Shown: piece after piece, positions 8,166 through 17,843 of the stretch | Numbering within the stretch: position 1 is the stretch's first letter | Layout of the letters: each line of letters starts with the position of its first letter | IMG/VR virus record: IMGVR_UViG_2645727901_000008 | DNA: 64,000 bases | Source: a virus | Lineage: Duplodnaviria > Heunggongvirae > Uroviricota > Caudoviricetes | Reading direction: 5' to 3' (one strand) | The notes under the pieces: generated by a model | Database searches by the model: none | Told to the model about the DNA's origin: nothing | Seen by the model: the letters and a program-made list of their open reading frames with translations, nothing else | Program-made: the position numbers and the translations under genes

Positions 8166-8789
8166 ATGGTGAAACGAGTTTTGAAAATTTACATCGCGGG
8201 GCCGATGACTGGTTATCCAGATTACAACCGTGCTGCGTTTAATGCGAAAGCGAGCGAGCTGATGGCTGAAGGGCATATCGTTCTGAATCCAGCTGTGTTA
8301 CCTGGTGGCCTTTGTCAGAGTGAATACATGGATATTTGCCTGGCAATGGTGCGTTCTGCTGATGCGATCTACTTGCTCAATCGATGGGAGGAATCGATTG
8401 GTGCTCGTGCAGAGCACGCGCTGGCTGAAAAGCTGGGGCTGACTGTAATTTATGAATCACCAACCAACATTGAATGCCAGGTTGCTCCGCATATTTACCG
8501 GGAACTGGTCAATGCGTTACGTGATGTTGCTATTGAATGTCACGGCACGGATCAGCTTCGCGCTCGCTTAAGCCAAACCCTTTCCAGTTACCTGTCTTTG
8601 GCTGAAGGATACAACCTCCGACAGCGAAGAATGGTCAAATTAATCACTCTTTTATCGCAATCCCTTGCAAATGCTGAACCAACCAATCCGCTACCTGGTG
8701 ACGCAATGAATTATCTGAAGTCATGCGGTGTTGTTTCTGAAGATGCAGTTCGTTTTGTGGAGTTTATGTCTCGGAGGATGTCGGCGTGA
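8166..8789 (+). CDS. DUF4406-like (nucleoside deoxyribosyltransferase-fold) phage protein
   Basis: KIYIAGPMTGYPDYN motif; start moved to MVKRVLK with GGGGA RBS. C-terminal ~35 aa resemble 16882..17505. Confidence 0.6.
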   Translation: MVKRVLKIYIAGPMTGYPDYNRAAFNAKASELMAEGHIVLNPAVLPGGLCQSEYMDICLAMVRSADAIYLLNRWEESIGARAEHALAEKLGLTVIYESPTNIECQVAPHIYRELVNALRDVAIECHGTDQLRARLSQTLSSYLSLAEGYNLRQRRMVKLITLLSQSLANAEPTNPLPGDAMNYLKSCGVVSEDAVRFVEFMSRRMSA

Positions 8790-9103
8790 GCTGGCGGGGA
8801 TGGGGAAGGGCAGAAATCATGATACTCCGCCAGTGCGCCGGAACTATGACGGTAGAGAGTATTGGGAAGCTGATCGGTCGTACCGGTGATGCCGTCAGGA
8901 CTAAAGCGCGGGAGCTGGGGATCAGCATGATTCTGAAAGGAGACTTTCATCCGTCAGCCAAATACCGGCAGAGCGATATAGAACTGGCACGGCAGCTTCA
9001 TCAGTGTGGTGTTCCCCGCCGTGAGATCGCGGAAAAACTCGAAATGCCCCTGGGCATGATTAATCAGTACGTTTATTTCGAAAGGAGAGTACATGAAGTC
9101 TGA
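8786..9103 (+). CDS. small helix-turn-helix-like protein
   Basis: Overlapping start/stop with neighbours; SIGKLIGRTGDAVRTKARELG HTH-like stretch. Confidence 0.5.
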   Translation: MSWRGWGRAEIMILRQCAGTMTVESIGKLIGRTGDAVRTKARELGISMILKGDFHPSAKYRQSDIELARQLHQCGVPRREIAEKLEMPLGMINQYVYFERRVHEV

Positions 9104-9518
9104 AGGTTTAACGCCAGAGCAACTGGCGGAGCGTAACGCTCAGTATGTGACGGAAATTTCCCGTCTTGAGAAAGAGCGCGCGGCGCTGGCGGCGGAGAAT
9201 GCAGGGCTAAAGGCGATATGTGATGACTGTCGCAGGTTCATCATGAATGGTGTGCAGATGGGTTATATCAAGGTGCCAACAGCGGAAACAGATCCAGACC
9301 TTGAGACAATACGTATTGCTATATCACCACAAAAGCCCATTCCAGCCACCGATGCTTTTCTGGCTGAAGTCCGGGCACAGGGATTGGAGATGTTTGCTCA
9401 GAAATGTAACTCAAAATCAGAACAGTCGATTGCATCTGATATACGCGATAACTGGAAACTACTCGGTGAACATGCCACTGACTTTGCCGCAGAGCTTCGC
9501 AAGGGAGGGAAACAGTGA
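9093..9518 (+). CDS. hypothetical phage early protein (coiled-coil N-terminus)
   Basis: 141-aa ORF in an operon of overlapping genes. Confidence 0.55.
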   Translation: MKSEGLTPEQLAERNAQYVTEISRLEKERAALAAENAGLKAICDDCRRFIMNGVQMGYIKVPTAETDPDLETIRIAISPQKPIPATDAFLAEVRAQGLEMFAQKCNSKSEQSIASDIRDNWKLLGEHATDFAAELRKGGKQ

Positions 9519-9763
9519 GTAATTCAGCACGACTACAGCTTGGTTTTTCACCGCTATCAAAAACCATCGTGTTGGCAAAAATGCGTGACTTAGGGGATGG
9601 AACAAAACGTCGTGTTGGCAATGATCGCGGTCGTGATGTAACCAACGAGGCCGCTCAACTCGTCTGGCATCTGGTCATGGCAGAAGGCGGTGAAATTAAT
9701 TGGGAGCTGGATGATGGTTCGCGCATGGTATTGAAGGCAGAAAAGCAGGAGCCACCACAGTGA
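9515..9763 (+). CDS. hypothetical protein
   Basis: 82 aa; 4-nt overlap with the upstream gene. Confidence 0.5.
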   Translation: MSNSARLQLGFSPLSKTIVLAKMRDLGDGTKRRVGNDRGRDVTNEAAQLVWHLVMAEGGEINWELDDGSRMVLKAEKQEPPQ

Positions 9764-10053
9764 ATATCGACACCACGATAACGATCGATACGGCCCTCAA
9801 CACAGGTTTGGCCCTGCTCGGTTGGTTTTACATCATGTTCAGTGCGGGGAAGTGGGCGGCCTCTGTTTTTCTAAAGCAGTGGGGAAAGCGCCGCAAACAG
9901 GAGATACGCCAGAAAGCGTTAGAGGCGTTCTATGACGCCTTTGAACTTAGCCGCATTGAGCCTGGCACAACAGCCAGGGTAGCAACAAAAGATGACCTGA
10001 TGATCGTGATGTTCCGACAGGAGAAAGCAAATGGCAGCAAAGCGAATGACTAA
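9760..10053 (+). CDS. hypothetical membrane protein
   Basis: 97 aa; hydrophobic segment LALLGWFYIMF; overlaps neighbours. Confidence 0.5.
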   Translation: MNIDTTITIDTALNTGLALLGWFYIMFSAGKWAASVFLKQWGKRRKQEIRQKALEAFYDAFELSRIEPGTTARVATKDDLMIVMFRQEKANGSKAND

Positions 10054-10255
10054 TCGCGAACTTGTTGATGCCGCGATTGAACTTGCTGGCGATTTTTATT
10101 CCATGATGGGGTACACGCATCGCCCAGGCTTCAAATATTGGGAGTCTCCGCACCCGCAAGAGCAACGGGTATTTCAAATGGCCTGTCGCGCTTTTGAAGT
10201 TATTCGCGGTTCTGATGTGATGGACGCGATTGCTGATTTGGAGGATGAAGAGTGA
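10031..10255 (+). CDS. hypothetical protein
   Basis: 74 aa; translationally coupled. Confidence 0.5.
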   Translation: MAAKRMTNRELVDAAIELAGDFYSMMGYTHRPGFKYWESPHPQEQRVFQMACRAFEVIRGSDVMDAIADLEDEE

Positions 10256-10563
10256 ACACAATTAAAGAAATGCCGGTAGAACGTGATGAATATGGCTGCT
10301 GGACACATCCGGAGTATGAGAAGTTTTGCGCAGGTCGTGAATATATTTCCACTGAGGAATTTGACGCCTGGATGAAGGAAAATAATCTTCAGTGGACTAT
10401 TCGCAGTATGGATGAAGATGATTTTGATCTGGACGCAGCTGGTCCCGATATTGCCGCCTGGGAACCGGAGCGACCAGAAGGTGAAGGCTGGTTTGTTGGC
10501 TCTATTCATGACACTGAAGATGGTCCAGTTTGTATCTGGCTGCGGGAGAAGGTTGCCGCATGA
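10252..10563 (+). CDS. hypothetical acidic protein
   Basis: 103 aa; stop overlaps the phosphatase start (ATGA). Confidence 0.5.
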   Translation: MNTIKEMPVERDEYGCWTHPEYEKFCAGREYISTEEFDAWMKENNLQWTIRSMDEDDFDLDAAGPDIAAWEPERPEGEGWFVGSIHDTEDGPVCIWLREKVAA

Positions 10564-11252
10564 TCCAAGCTATGCATGAAGTGAATTTATATAGCCGTAT
10601 TGATGGTTCTGGCTACAGAAACATATGGGTAGTTGGTGATCTGCATGGTTGCTACACCAGACTGATGTCCGAACTCCATCGTGTGGATTTTGACCCGGCG
10701 CAGGATTTACTGATATCGGTTGGCGACCTTATCGATCGCGGTACTGAAAATGTCGAATGTCTGGAACTATTACAGATGCCCTGGTTCAGGGCAGTAATGG
10801 GGAACCATGAGCGGTTGATGCTTGATGCGTTAAGTCCTGATGGCAACGTGAATAACTGGCTAATGAATGGCGGACAATGGTTCTTCATGCTGGACACTGA
10901 TCAGGAAATATTAGCCAAGGCGCTGGTGGAGCTGGTAAAGCGTCTGCCATATATCATTGAGTTGAACACCGGACATGAAACTATCGTTATAGCCCATGCC
11001 GACTATCCAGGTGGAGAGTACCAGTTCGGTAAGGATGTATCGCTTTTTGATGTTGTCTGGTCGCGCAGTCGCGTCGGTGATTCGATAGATGGCATTGGTG
11101 GAGAAATCACAGGCGCAGATCGCTTTATCTTTGGGCACACACCGGTACGAAGACCAAAAGCATACTGGAATCAGCACTACATAGACACGGGCGCGGTTTT
11201 TTGTGGAAATCTGACGCTAATGCAGGTGAAGGGAGGGCAGCTTAAAGTCTGA
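10560..11252 (+). CDS. serine/threonine protein phosphatase (lambda PPase / NinI-like calcineurin fold)
   Basis: Metallophosphatase motifs GDLHG, GDLIDRG, GNHE present; start moved to MIQAMHEV. Confidence 0.85.
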   Translation: MIQAMHEVNLYSRIDGSGYRNIWVVGDLHGCYTRLMSELHRVDFDPAQDLLISVGDLIDRGTENVECLELLQMPWFRAVMGNHERLMLDALSPDGNVNNWLMNGGQWFFMLDTDQEILAKALVELVKRLPYIIELNTGHETIVIAHADYPGGEYQFGKDVSLFDVVWSRSRVGDSIDGIGGEITGADRFIFGHTPVRRPKAYWNQHYIDTGAVFCGNLTLMQVKGGQLKV

Positions 11253-11292
11253 TCAAATCATTTACGCACTCAAAATGCGTTAGAACATTGAT

Positions 11293-11312
11293 TTTAGTTT
11301 TCTAACATATTA
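11293..11312 (-). promoter_or_regulatory. operator-like motif copy (ATGTTAGAAAACTAAAAT on minus strand) with GTTAGAA partner at about 11279
   Basis: Intergenic, between the phosphatase and DUF968-like genes; GTTAGAA-N14-TTCTAAC inverted repeat. Confidence 0.4.
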
Positions 11313-11349
11313 TTTTACCACTCGGAACAAAACAGAGTCGGTATGCATT

Positions 11350-12345
11350 ATGAGTGCAATAATCACCCCATATGTCGTAAATGAAACTGGTGTGGCTGTC
11401 TTTCCGGTAGACAAGCCCACCAGCAACTACATCGGCGCAGGTCGCCGTTTCATTATCTCACCACTTCCGCGAGAACAGGCTGAAAACACTCCAGATGGCG
11501 TAGTGGATCTGAATTATTCGCTGGTTGCCAACCAGTCGCTGAAACCATTTTTTCAAAGCGAGCGCGTATTTAACGCGTTAGGCGGTGAAGATTCGCTTGT
11601 TCATTGGGTAAGTTCCAATATCCACGATTGCCAGGCGCACGATAAGCGCGATTGCAGCCACCAGCTAACCACTCATTTCTATAACGGCTCTGCCGTTCGC
11701 CTGTGCTGGAAGCATGATGCGGAATACATGATGAAGGGGTACAGCAAGCTGGACGACCAGTTATCCCTGAATCGCGCCAACTGGGTTATGAACTGGGCTG
11801 CGAGCGAGTTAAAACTACCGCCAGAACGCGATCTGAGCATGGTTGAACTCACTTTTTGGGCCATTCGCCGGAATCTGAAAGATGAGCTGCCAGATGAAGC
11901 CGGGCGCATTGCATTTTGTCAGCCAAAAACTGAAATCCCTACCGGTACGCTGAAAGAATCAGATATCACCTGGGAGCACAGTACCCGCGAGCTGGTGGAC
12001 ATAACCGCAGAGCAGATCGTCAACCTGTCTGTAGATGAGGATTCCGGCCTGCTTTATATGCGCCGACCAAAAGCGGTCCTCGGTAAAAGCCCAGCTTATC
12101 TCCGGTTTGTGGTTTCTCGTCCGTGCATCGGATGCGGTGGCAAAGTTAACCACCCGTTCATGTACCGCGCCCGCTCGTTAAACGAACACGACCGCTGGGC
12201 TGTTCCTCTTTGTGATGACTGCGCCAGAAGCGCAGAACACGATGTCCGGGCATGGGAAAAAGCACATGGCATACGCCTTTATGTAGCCGCTAACCAGCTT
12301 TTCGACTTCGCCATCGAGCGCGGAGTGATCACGTTCAATAACTGA
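11350..12345 (+). CDS. DUF968-like phage protein with C-terminal Cys-rich zinc-binding region
   Basis: 331 aa; CIGCGG...HPFMYRARSLNEHDRWAVPLCDDC cluster. Confidence 0.65.
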   Translation: MSAIITPYVVNETGVAVFPVDKPTSNYIGAGRRFIISPLPREQAENTPDGVVDLNYSLVANQSLKPFFQSERVFNALGGEDSLVHWVSSNIHDCQAHDKRDCSHQLTTHFYNGSAVRLCWKHDAEYMMKGYSKLDDQLSLNRANWVMNWAASELKLPPERDLSMVELTFWAIRRNLKDELPDEAGRIAFCQPKTEIPTGTLKESDITWEHSTRELVDITAEQIVNLSVDEDSGLLYMRRPKAVLGKSPAYLRFVVSRPCIGCGGKVNHPFMYRARSLNEHDRWAVPLCDDCARSAEHDVRAWEKAHGIRLYVAANQLFDFAIERGVITFNN

Positions 12346-12358
12346 TGGGAACAACGCA

Positions 12359-12658
12359 ATGAGTCAAGGTAACGGTGGTGGAGCTGCAAAGTGCAGAATC
12401 TCCACTTGTTTGATTAATGGCAGAAAAATAGAACCGTGCGCGGCGCTGGCACAATCTCTGGAGCAGGATGCTGAATACACGACGCGAAAAGGCCTGCTGA
12501 AATACAAAGTCTATAACCATGAATTAATTCATTCACAGGACCTGATCATGCTGCGGTCTGGTGAATTTTCTAAATCGCCTATTCGAGTTTCATTTTGCCC
12601 ATTCTGTGGTGAAAGTCTGAAAACGTGGGAAGCGGAGGCAACCAGTGAGCAAAATTAA
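12359..12658 (+). CDS. small Cys-containing protein, paralog A1 (CPFCGESLKTW family)
   Basis: Shares C-terminal FCPFCGESLKTW and central IEPCA with 14151..14414. Confidence 0.6.
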   Translation: MSQGNGGGAAKCRISTCLINGRKIEPCAALAQSLEQDAEYTTRKGLLKYKVYNHELIHSQDLIMLRSGEFSKSPIRVSFCPFCGESLKTWEAEATSEQN

Positions 12659-13103
12659 CTATCAAGAACTGCGCGAGGCGGCGGAACAGGCAACGCAAGA
12701 TGAATGGGTAGCATATATTTTGCCGGGTCATAACGGCATTTATCCTGCGCGCACGTCTGAAGGTAGGCATTGCGGATACTTTATTGACTGGCCTGGCATT
12801 GATGGACAAAGGAATGCTGGTGCTAATGCCCGTTATATCGCGGCTATCCCACCAAAAGTTGCACTGTCACTCCTAGGCGAAATTAAGCGCCTGGAGGACA
12901 AAAATATTGATGCCATGTGCCAAATTGCAGAGCTGGAGAGCAATCGCGCGGCGCTGGCGGCGGAGCATGGTATTCAGATTGCAATAAATGAACTGCTTGC
13001 TCTGGCCCCGCGTCTGGATAAACGAGCGATGGATGCACTCTCTGTGGCTGTGGAGCACCTGTGTAAACTGATTAAGAAGGAGGCAGTCAGTGAGCAAAAT
13101 TAA
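12645..13103 (+). CDS. Ea22-like early protein, paralog B1
   Basis: GTG start; N-terminus MSKINYQELREAAE shared with 13090..13770 and 14407..14961. Confidence 0.6.
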   Translation: MSKINYQELREAAEQATQDEWVAYILPGHNGIYPARTSEGRHCGYFIDWPGIDGQRNAGANARYIAAIPPKVALSLLGEIKRLEDKNIDAMCQIAELESNRAALAAEHGIQIAINELLALAPRLDKRAMDALSVAVEHLCKLIKKEAVSEQN

Positions 13104-13770
13104 TTACCAGGCACTGCGTGAGGCGGCAGAAAAAGCACTACATGGTGAATGGGGTTACGAGGCAGGGGCAATCTGGAATACCTGTGATAGCGGCTATGTT
13201 CAGCACATGGCAGCGGTCGAGACTGGCGATGATGTTAGCGATGAAGAGCATATGAGCAATATGCGTTTTATCACGCTCGCCACGCCAACTGTTGTTCTTG
13301 GATTGCTTGATGAGCTTTCTGAAGCTAAAGCTGCCGAAGAGAATGAGTCCAGTTGTGCTAACAGCGTTATCGACATCGCTATCAACTGGCAGATGCGAGC
13401 CAAAGATGCAGAAGCCAAGCTGGAAGCCGCAGAGAAGCGCATTGCGGAACTGGAAACAAAAGCGAACCAGCAAACCAGAATAAGCGATAAGAATCTGACC
13501 AGGCTGATTGCCGATGCTGACAAAATGCTGGGTATGCGTTCGCCGGTTATAGACAGCGAGTGGTGGACGCTTTTACGGCAGTTCCTGATTGAACTTCAGG
13601 ATCGCCGCAGAAACAGCATTTCTGAATCTGGAATCCGTGCTGAAACCCTGAATGATTTAATCCGACATATTGACAGAAACCTGGATATTGACGCGATGAA
13701 ATCGCCGTTTGAACTGTCATCTGAAATTGTGGATTACGTTAATAGGCAACTGCACAAGGAGAATTCGTAA
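13090..13770 (+). CDS. Ea22-like early protein, paralog B2
   Basis: N-terminus MSKINYQALREAAE; internal NQQTRISDKNLTRLIADADKMLG segment repeated downstream at about 13990. Confidence 0.6.
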   Translation: MSKINYQALREAAEKALHGEWGYEAGAIWNTCDSGYVQHMAAVETGDDVSDEEHMSNMRFITLATPTVVLGLLDELSEAKAAEENESSCANSVIDIAINWQMRAKDAEAKLEAAEKRIAELETKANQQTRISDKNLTRLIADADKMLGMRSPVIDSEWWTLLRQFLIELQDRRRNSISESGIRAETLNDLIRHIDRNLDIDAMKSPFELSSEIVDYVNRQLHKENS

Positions 13771-13946
13771 TGCAGGTGGCATTTGTTGGCCTGTTACCGC
13801 ATCCGATCCGCCTTTGGGCGGATATGTCACTCATAAAAACGCATTTTTTTACTACTGATGGCGGCATTCCGGCACCAAAGCGCCGTCATACCGGTATTGC
13901 AGCGGCACGACGAGCAGCAAAGAGACGCAGGAGAGCAAAGCGATGA
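13770..13946 (+). CDS. small Arg/Lys-rich protein (58 aa)
   Basis: AAGGAG RBS; ATG overlaps upstream stop (TAATG); C-terminus RRAAKRRRRAKR; below track cutoff. Confidence 0.35.
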   Translation: MQVAFVGLLPHPIRLWADMSLIKTHFFTTDGGIPAPKRRHTGIAAARRAAKRRRRAKR

Positions 13947-13989
13947 AAAACCGTAAAGCAAATAAAGTGGCAAAACAGGAGGCGGCGCA

Positions 13990-14154
13990 GTGAACCAGCA
14001 AACCAGAATAAGCGATAAGAGCCTGACCAGACTGATTGCCGATGCGGACAAGGTGCTGGAGCGGAACACACCCGTTGCCGATGAGGAATGGTGGCAGGAT
14101 TTCCGGGCTGCAATGCTGGAACTTCAGGAACGTCGTCGGGAGGAGTTGAAGTGA
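13990..14154 (+). CDS. truncated Ea22-like paralog fragment (54 aa, GTG start)
   Basis: AGGAGG RBS 5 nt before GTG; product matches the central part of 13090..13770; stop overlaps the GTG start of the next gene. Confidence 0.4.
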   Translation: MNQQTRISDKSLTRLIADADKVLERNTPVADEEWWQDFRAAMLELQERRREELK

Positions 14155-14414
14155 GTGAATTAAAGTGTCGAATTAATGGCAATCAGATAGAACCGTGTGC
14201 GGTACTGGCAAAAGCACTCGAATATGGAAATCCAGCCTTTAAGAGTAAAGGCATATTTATCCCGGAACGCGTGAATATAAATACCGGCGAGCCAGGCTTA
14301 GACATTGCTCAAATTCACTCCGGCCAATATGTCGGTCGTGGTGTTGCCATGTGTTTTTGCCCGTTCTGTGGTGAAAGTCTGAAAACATGGAAAAAGGAGG
14401 CAACCAGTGAGTGA
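14151..14414 (+). CDS. small Cys-containing protein, paralog A2 (CPFCGESLKTW family)
   Basis: Start moved to GTG (VSELKCRINGN) with GGGAGGAG RBS; C-terminus matches 12359..12658. Confidence 0.6.
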   Translation: MSELKCRINGNQIEPCAVLAKALEYGNPAFKSKGIFIPERVNINTGEPGLDIAQIHSGQYVGRGVAMCFCPFCGESLKTWKKEATSE

Positions 14415-14961
14415 AGTTAACTATCAGGCACTGCGTGAGGTGGCAGAGGCCGCGAAGGGGGATACGACGTGGCAGAACCTACAGGCTTTTCATGCTGCGG
14501 CAACGCTGGAGGTTGTGCAGGCGTTGCTGGATGAAAACGAAAGACTGTGTCGCGATCTGATAGCTCGTAATGGTGAGATTGAAGGGCTTCGGGAGTGGGC
14601 AGAAGAACTGGAGGCACGGGAAGTGGCTTTGCCAGTAGCGTCATGCATTGTTGAAGATGGATGCATGTGTGTTGATGGGTTCAGTGAGTATGTAGGTCAC
14701 TCGCTACCTGATGGAATGCATGAGCTTTATGCTGCCCCACCAGCGTCGGTAGTGCCGGAAGGACTAGTTAAAGCAGTGCGTTTCTATGAACAGGTAAAGT
14801 GTGAGAATCCGCCAGTCGAAACCGGAGCATGGAAAGACGCTATTGACTGGGTGCTCAAAGAGGCTTGCCAGGCTGTAAACATTGGCATCAAAGGAGAGAG
14901 ATATGGCAACTTTAACAAAAAAAGAACAAGCATGGTTGAACGAATTACAGGACGTTCTTGA
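14407..14961 (+). CDS. Ea22-like early protein, paralog B3
   Basis: GTG start; N-terminus SEVNYQALREVAE. Confidence 0.6.
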   Translation: MSEVNYQALREVAEAAKGDTTWQNLQAFHAAATLEVVQALLDENERLCRDLIARNGEIEGLREWAEELEAREVALPVASCIVEDGCMCVDGFSEYVGHSLPDGMHELYAAPPASVVPEGLVKAVRFYEQVKCENPPVETGAWKDAIDWVLKEACQAVNIGIKGERYGNFNKKRTSMVERITGRS

Positions 14962-15166
14962 TCGCTGTCCGTCACCGAAAAAAATAGGCTTTTACACCAT
15001 TGGCGATAAAAACATTTACCTGTATGACCTACGCCGCATGGATGTAATCATGGAGGCTCTTGATAATCGTTCGTCGATGGATTGGTGTGCTGCTGTCCAT
15101 GATATGAATGCCGGATTTGATGAAACGATTTTGTTCCCCTCATCAGTTGAAAGCACTGCGGGTTAA
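14903..15166 (+). CDS. hypothetical protein
   Basis: Start moved to MATLTKKEQ with AAGGAGAG RBS; overlaps the 3' end of the previous gene in another frame. Confidence 0.4.
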   Translation: MATLTKKEQAWLNELQDVLDRCPSPKKIGFYTIGDKNIYLYDLRRMDVIMEALDNRSSMDWCAAVHDMNAGFDETILFPSSVESTAG

Positions 15167-15176
15167 GGAGTAACAC

Positions 15177-15560
15177 ATGACCACTATTACCAAAGAACGT
15201 ATTGAATTGTTCATTAAAAATCCGCTTGAAAACGGACTTACCCGTGGCGAACAAATGGAACTGGCACGAATTGCACTGGCCTCGCTTGAGGCAGAGCCAG
15301 TTGGTGCATTCCACATTGCTGAACAGCAAGTTGACGGCACAAGTGACTACATCAAGGATGGGGAGTGGCCTATTGATAATGGGACAATTGAAGTCTACGC
15401 CGCCCCGCCAGTACCGGTAGTACCTGCTGCATTACCTGAGAACGACGATGAGGACGGGCAGGACATTGATTATCTTGAGCCATCTGAAGTTTACGCGCTT
15501 GGGCGAACAGCTGGCTGGAACGCCTGCCGTGCTGCCATGCTTAAGGGAGATAAATCATGA
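15177..15560 (+). CDS. hypothetical phage protein
   Basis: 127 aa; AAGGAG RBS. Confidence 0.55.
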   Translation: MTTITKERIELFIKNPLENGLTRGEQMELARIALASLEAEPVGAFHIAEQQVDGTSDYIKDGEWPIDNGTIEVYAAPPVPVVPAALPENDDEDGQDIDYLEPSEVYALGRTAGWNACRAAMLKGDKS

Positions 15561-15928
15561 TTAATCGTACCAAGCTGGAGCACATCCTCGAATATGCCAG
15601 ACAGCAGAAGCGCTTTGGTCAGCATTGCAAAATTCCGCCAGGAGATATGGTTGAAATCGTGGAGATTGCCATGCGTAAGGCTGGCAACTATCCGGTAACT
15701 CCGGATAGTTGGATAAGCTGTAGTGATCGAATGCCTGAAAAGGGCCAGAACGTGCTTATTTCGGTGAATTTCGATAGCTCTCTGGTTGAACCGCTAATAT
15801 GCTCCGCACGCTATACCGGAAGCACCTTTCGGCGCGGAGATGCAACGATTAAGCCGGGTAATGGTATTGAGCAAGCAACTCACTGGATTCCGCTACCGGA
15901 ACCGCCGCAGGAGGTTAACCGTGGCTAA
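15557..15928 (+). CDS. DUF551-like phage protein
   Basis: 123 aa; WISCSDRMPE...THWIPLPEPP pattern typical of small DUF551 proteins (family assignment by memory). Confidence 0.5.
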   Translation: MINRTKLEHILEYARQQKRFGQHCKIPPGDMVEIVEIAMRKAGNYPVTPDSWISCSDRMPEKGQNVLISVNFDSSLVEPLICSARYTGSTFRRGDATIKPGNGIEQATHWIPLPEPPQEVNRG

Positions 15929-16202
15929 CCTGCAACTTGCCGTCAAAGGTGAATACTTCGATGCCATGATTCGCGGGGAGAAAACAGAAGAATATCGCCT
16001 GTGTAATGACTACTGGAATAAGCGAATTATGTTCCGGGAATATGACCGCCTGATTATCACAAAGGGATATCCGAAGCGCGACGATTCCAGTCGCAGAATA
16101 GACGTCCCGTATAACGGATATGAAATCAAGACAATCACACATCCGCACTTCGGTGATAAACCGGTAAAGGTGTTCGCGATAAAAGTGAAGATTAATAGCT
16201 AA
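15921..16202 (+). CDS. hypothetical protein (possible ASCH-like fold)
   Basis: GTG start with AGGAGG RBS, overlapping the previous stop. Confidence 0.5.
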   Translation: MANLQLAVKGEYFDAMIRGEKTEEYRLCNDYWNKRIMFREYDRLIITKGYPKRDDSSRRIDVPYNGYEIKTITHPHFGDKPVKVFAIKVKINS

Positions 16203-16225
16203 ATTTCAATTAACACGGAGTAATT

Positions 16226-16519
16226 ATGTGGCGCGGTAATAATCATGGCGGAAGCCAGATGATACTTACCGAATATACGTTCGACCCCAAAACCTATAAA
16301 TCACGTTCAGTATATTTGCTTCGGCACAATAGCCGCGTAAGGAATACCGTGCTGGAGCAAAATCTGACCGTTGAAATGGATAATTTTGGGAACTTCAAGC
16401 CAACAATTGCGCTTGATGATTTTCCGCGTGGTTTAAGCGAAAGAGAAGCAATGCTGAAATTAGCAGAATGGCTACAAAGATTAAGCATTGCTATTGAAGA
16501 TAACTGGTCTGAACCTTAA
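16226..16519 (+). CDS. hypothetical protein
   Basis: 97 aa; GGAG RBS. Confidence 0.5.
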   Translation: MWRGNNHGGSQMILTEYTFDPKTYKSRSVYLLRHNSRVRNTVLEQNLTVEMDNFGNFKPTIALDDFPRGLSEREAMLKLAEWLQRLSIAIEDNWSEP

Positions 16520-16525
16520 ATTTAT

Positions 16526-16900
16526 ATGATGACACTAAAACATTTTCTTGACCGCCCATTATGGGCGGCAGCCGCAGGCTATGATTTTAATTATATGGAT
16601 TGCATGTCTTATACTGCCAATGCATACGACCATTCGTTCAGCCTGCTGTTTAATTCTTTAAGAATATTGCCGGAAACAGAAGTTGGAGAGCTTCATTTAT
16701 GGCTATTGGGTTTTATCGCGGCTGTCGTTGGTATTGCTGTATGGCCTTTTATTTTCTGGCTGGTGGCTGTTGTAGTGTGGTTTAAGTGCAAGACATACCG
16801 GAAAAAGTATTTCTTAGGTGATGGAATGACTGATATTGCCAAAATGAACATTGAAAAATGGACTAAGGAATGTGAAAAGAAATGGCGCAAAAAGAAATGA
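16526..16900 (+). CDS. membrane protein (two TM helices)
   Basis: WLLGFIAAVVGIAVWPFIFWLVAVVVWF hydrophobic stretch. Confidence 0.5.
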   Translation: MMTLKHFLDRPLWAAAAGYDFNYMDCMSYTANAYDHSFSLLFNSLRILPETEVGELHLWLLGFIAAVVGIAVWPFIFWLVAVVVWFKCKTYRKKYFLGDGMTDIAKMNIEKWTKECEKKWRKKK

Positions 16901-17505
16901 CCAGAATCACTGAAGAGCGTATATCAGAGATTATTTCCCGTATCGAAATGTATGGTCACGGAGCTGGATATACGGCAGATGAAGTATTGGAAATAGCCCA
17001 GCAGATGCTGGCCTTGAGACAAAAAGAGCAACATGAAAGTAATACGTGTAGATTGAATTTTGAGCAGTGGCTGGAACAGCAACGCGGGAAAATCGATGTG
17101 GACTGTGGTTGTGTGTCCACTGAAACATTCATGCACTGGCTGCGGGTAGCTTACGAGGCTGGCAACTATCCGGATATTCCGGATAGTTCGGCGCAAGCAC
17201 CAGGGAAGGGGGGGTTCCCCGGAGAGCGGATCCGAATTAAGCCGCATGTTTACCGTGAACTGGTTAACCGCCTCCACGATACAGCGATCAAGTGTGCTGG
17301 CACCCAGCAATTACGGGAAAGAATTAGCCGCGTTTTGGGCGAAGTTATTACACCAGATCGTCATAAACAAGCCGAGAAAAGCGGCCTGGAAAGGAGTCAT
17401 CTTGAGGCGGCATTAAACATTAAACCGGGGCATACGCTAGGTGTCATTGATGCCATGTTGGTTCATGAAATGGCTAAGGCGTTATTGCCACTGGAGGCTG
17501 ATTAA
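16882..17505 (+). CDS. hypothetical phage protein sharing a C-terminal module with 8166..8789
   Basis: HVYRELVNRLHDTAIKCAGTQQLRERISRVLG versus HIYRELVNALRDVAIECHGTDQLRARLSQTLS. Confidence 0.55.
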   Translation: MAQKEMTRITEERISEIISRIEMYGHGAGYTADEVLEIAQQMLALRQKEQHESNTCRLNFEQWLEQQRGKIDVDCGCVSTETFMHWLRVAYEAGNYPDIPDSSAQAPGKGGFPGERIRIKPHVYRELVNRLHDTAIKCAGTQQLRERISRVLGEVITPDRHKQAEKSGLERSHLEAALNIKPGHTLGVIDAMLVHEMAKALLPLEAD

Positions 17506-17568
17506 ATTCCGGATAAAGCTGATATCTGATCACCATGCTAAAATCCCCTCAATTCACAGAGGGGATTT

Positions 17569-17841
17569 TTGTATATGTTGCGTAGATTTTTAGGTAAAAG
17601 CGTTATTGTCGGTGCGATGTTGGCTATGTCTGGGTGTGCTATGGTGCAATACAATGACGGAGAAAAGGTTAGCATCCAGTCAGATGGTTGGTATGGCCTG
17701 GATAGCCTGCAAAAAACAGCGGATAAAGCCTGCCAGCAATACGGAAAGTCTAAAGCCGTATATCAGCATAGCGCGAACGCTAACCCTCATCTTGCGCCCG
17801 GTTCGGGTGTTCAGAATACCATCTGGAAATGTGAGCCTTAA
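17569..17841 (+). CDS. small lipoprotein
   Basis: Signal peptide with lipobox AMSGC. Confidence 0.55.
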   Translation: MYMLRRFLGKSVIVGAMLAMSGCAMVQYNDGEKVSIQSDGWYGLDSLQKTADKACQQYGKSKAVYQHSANANPHLAPGSGVQNTIWKCEP

Positions 17842-17843
17842 AC

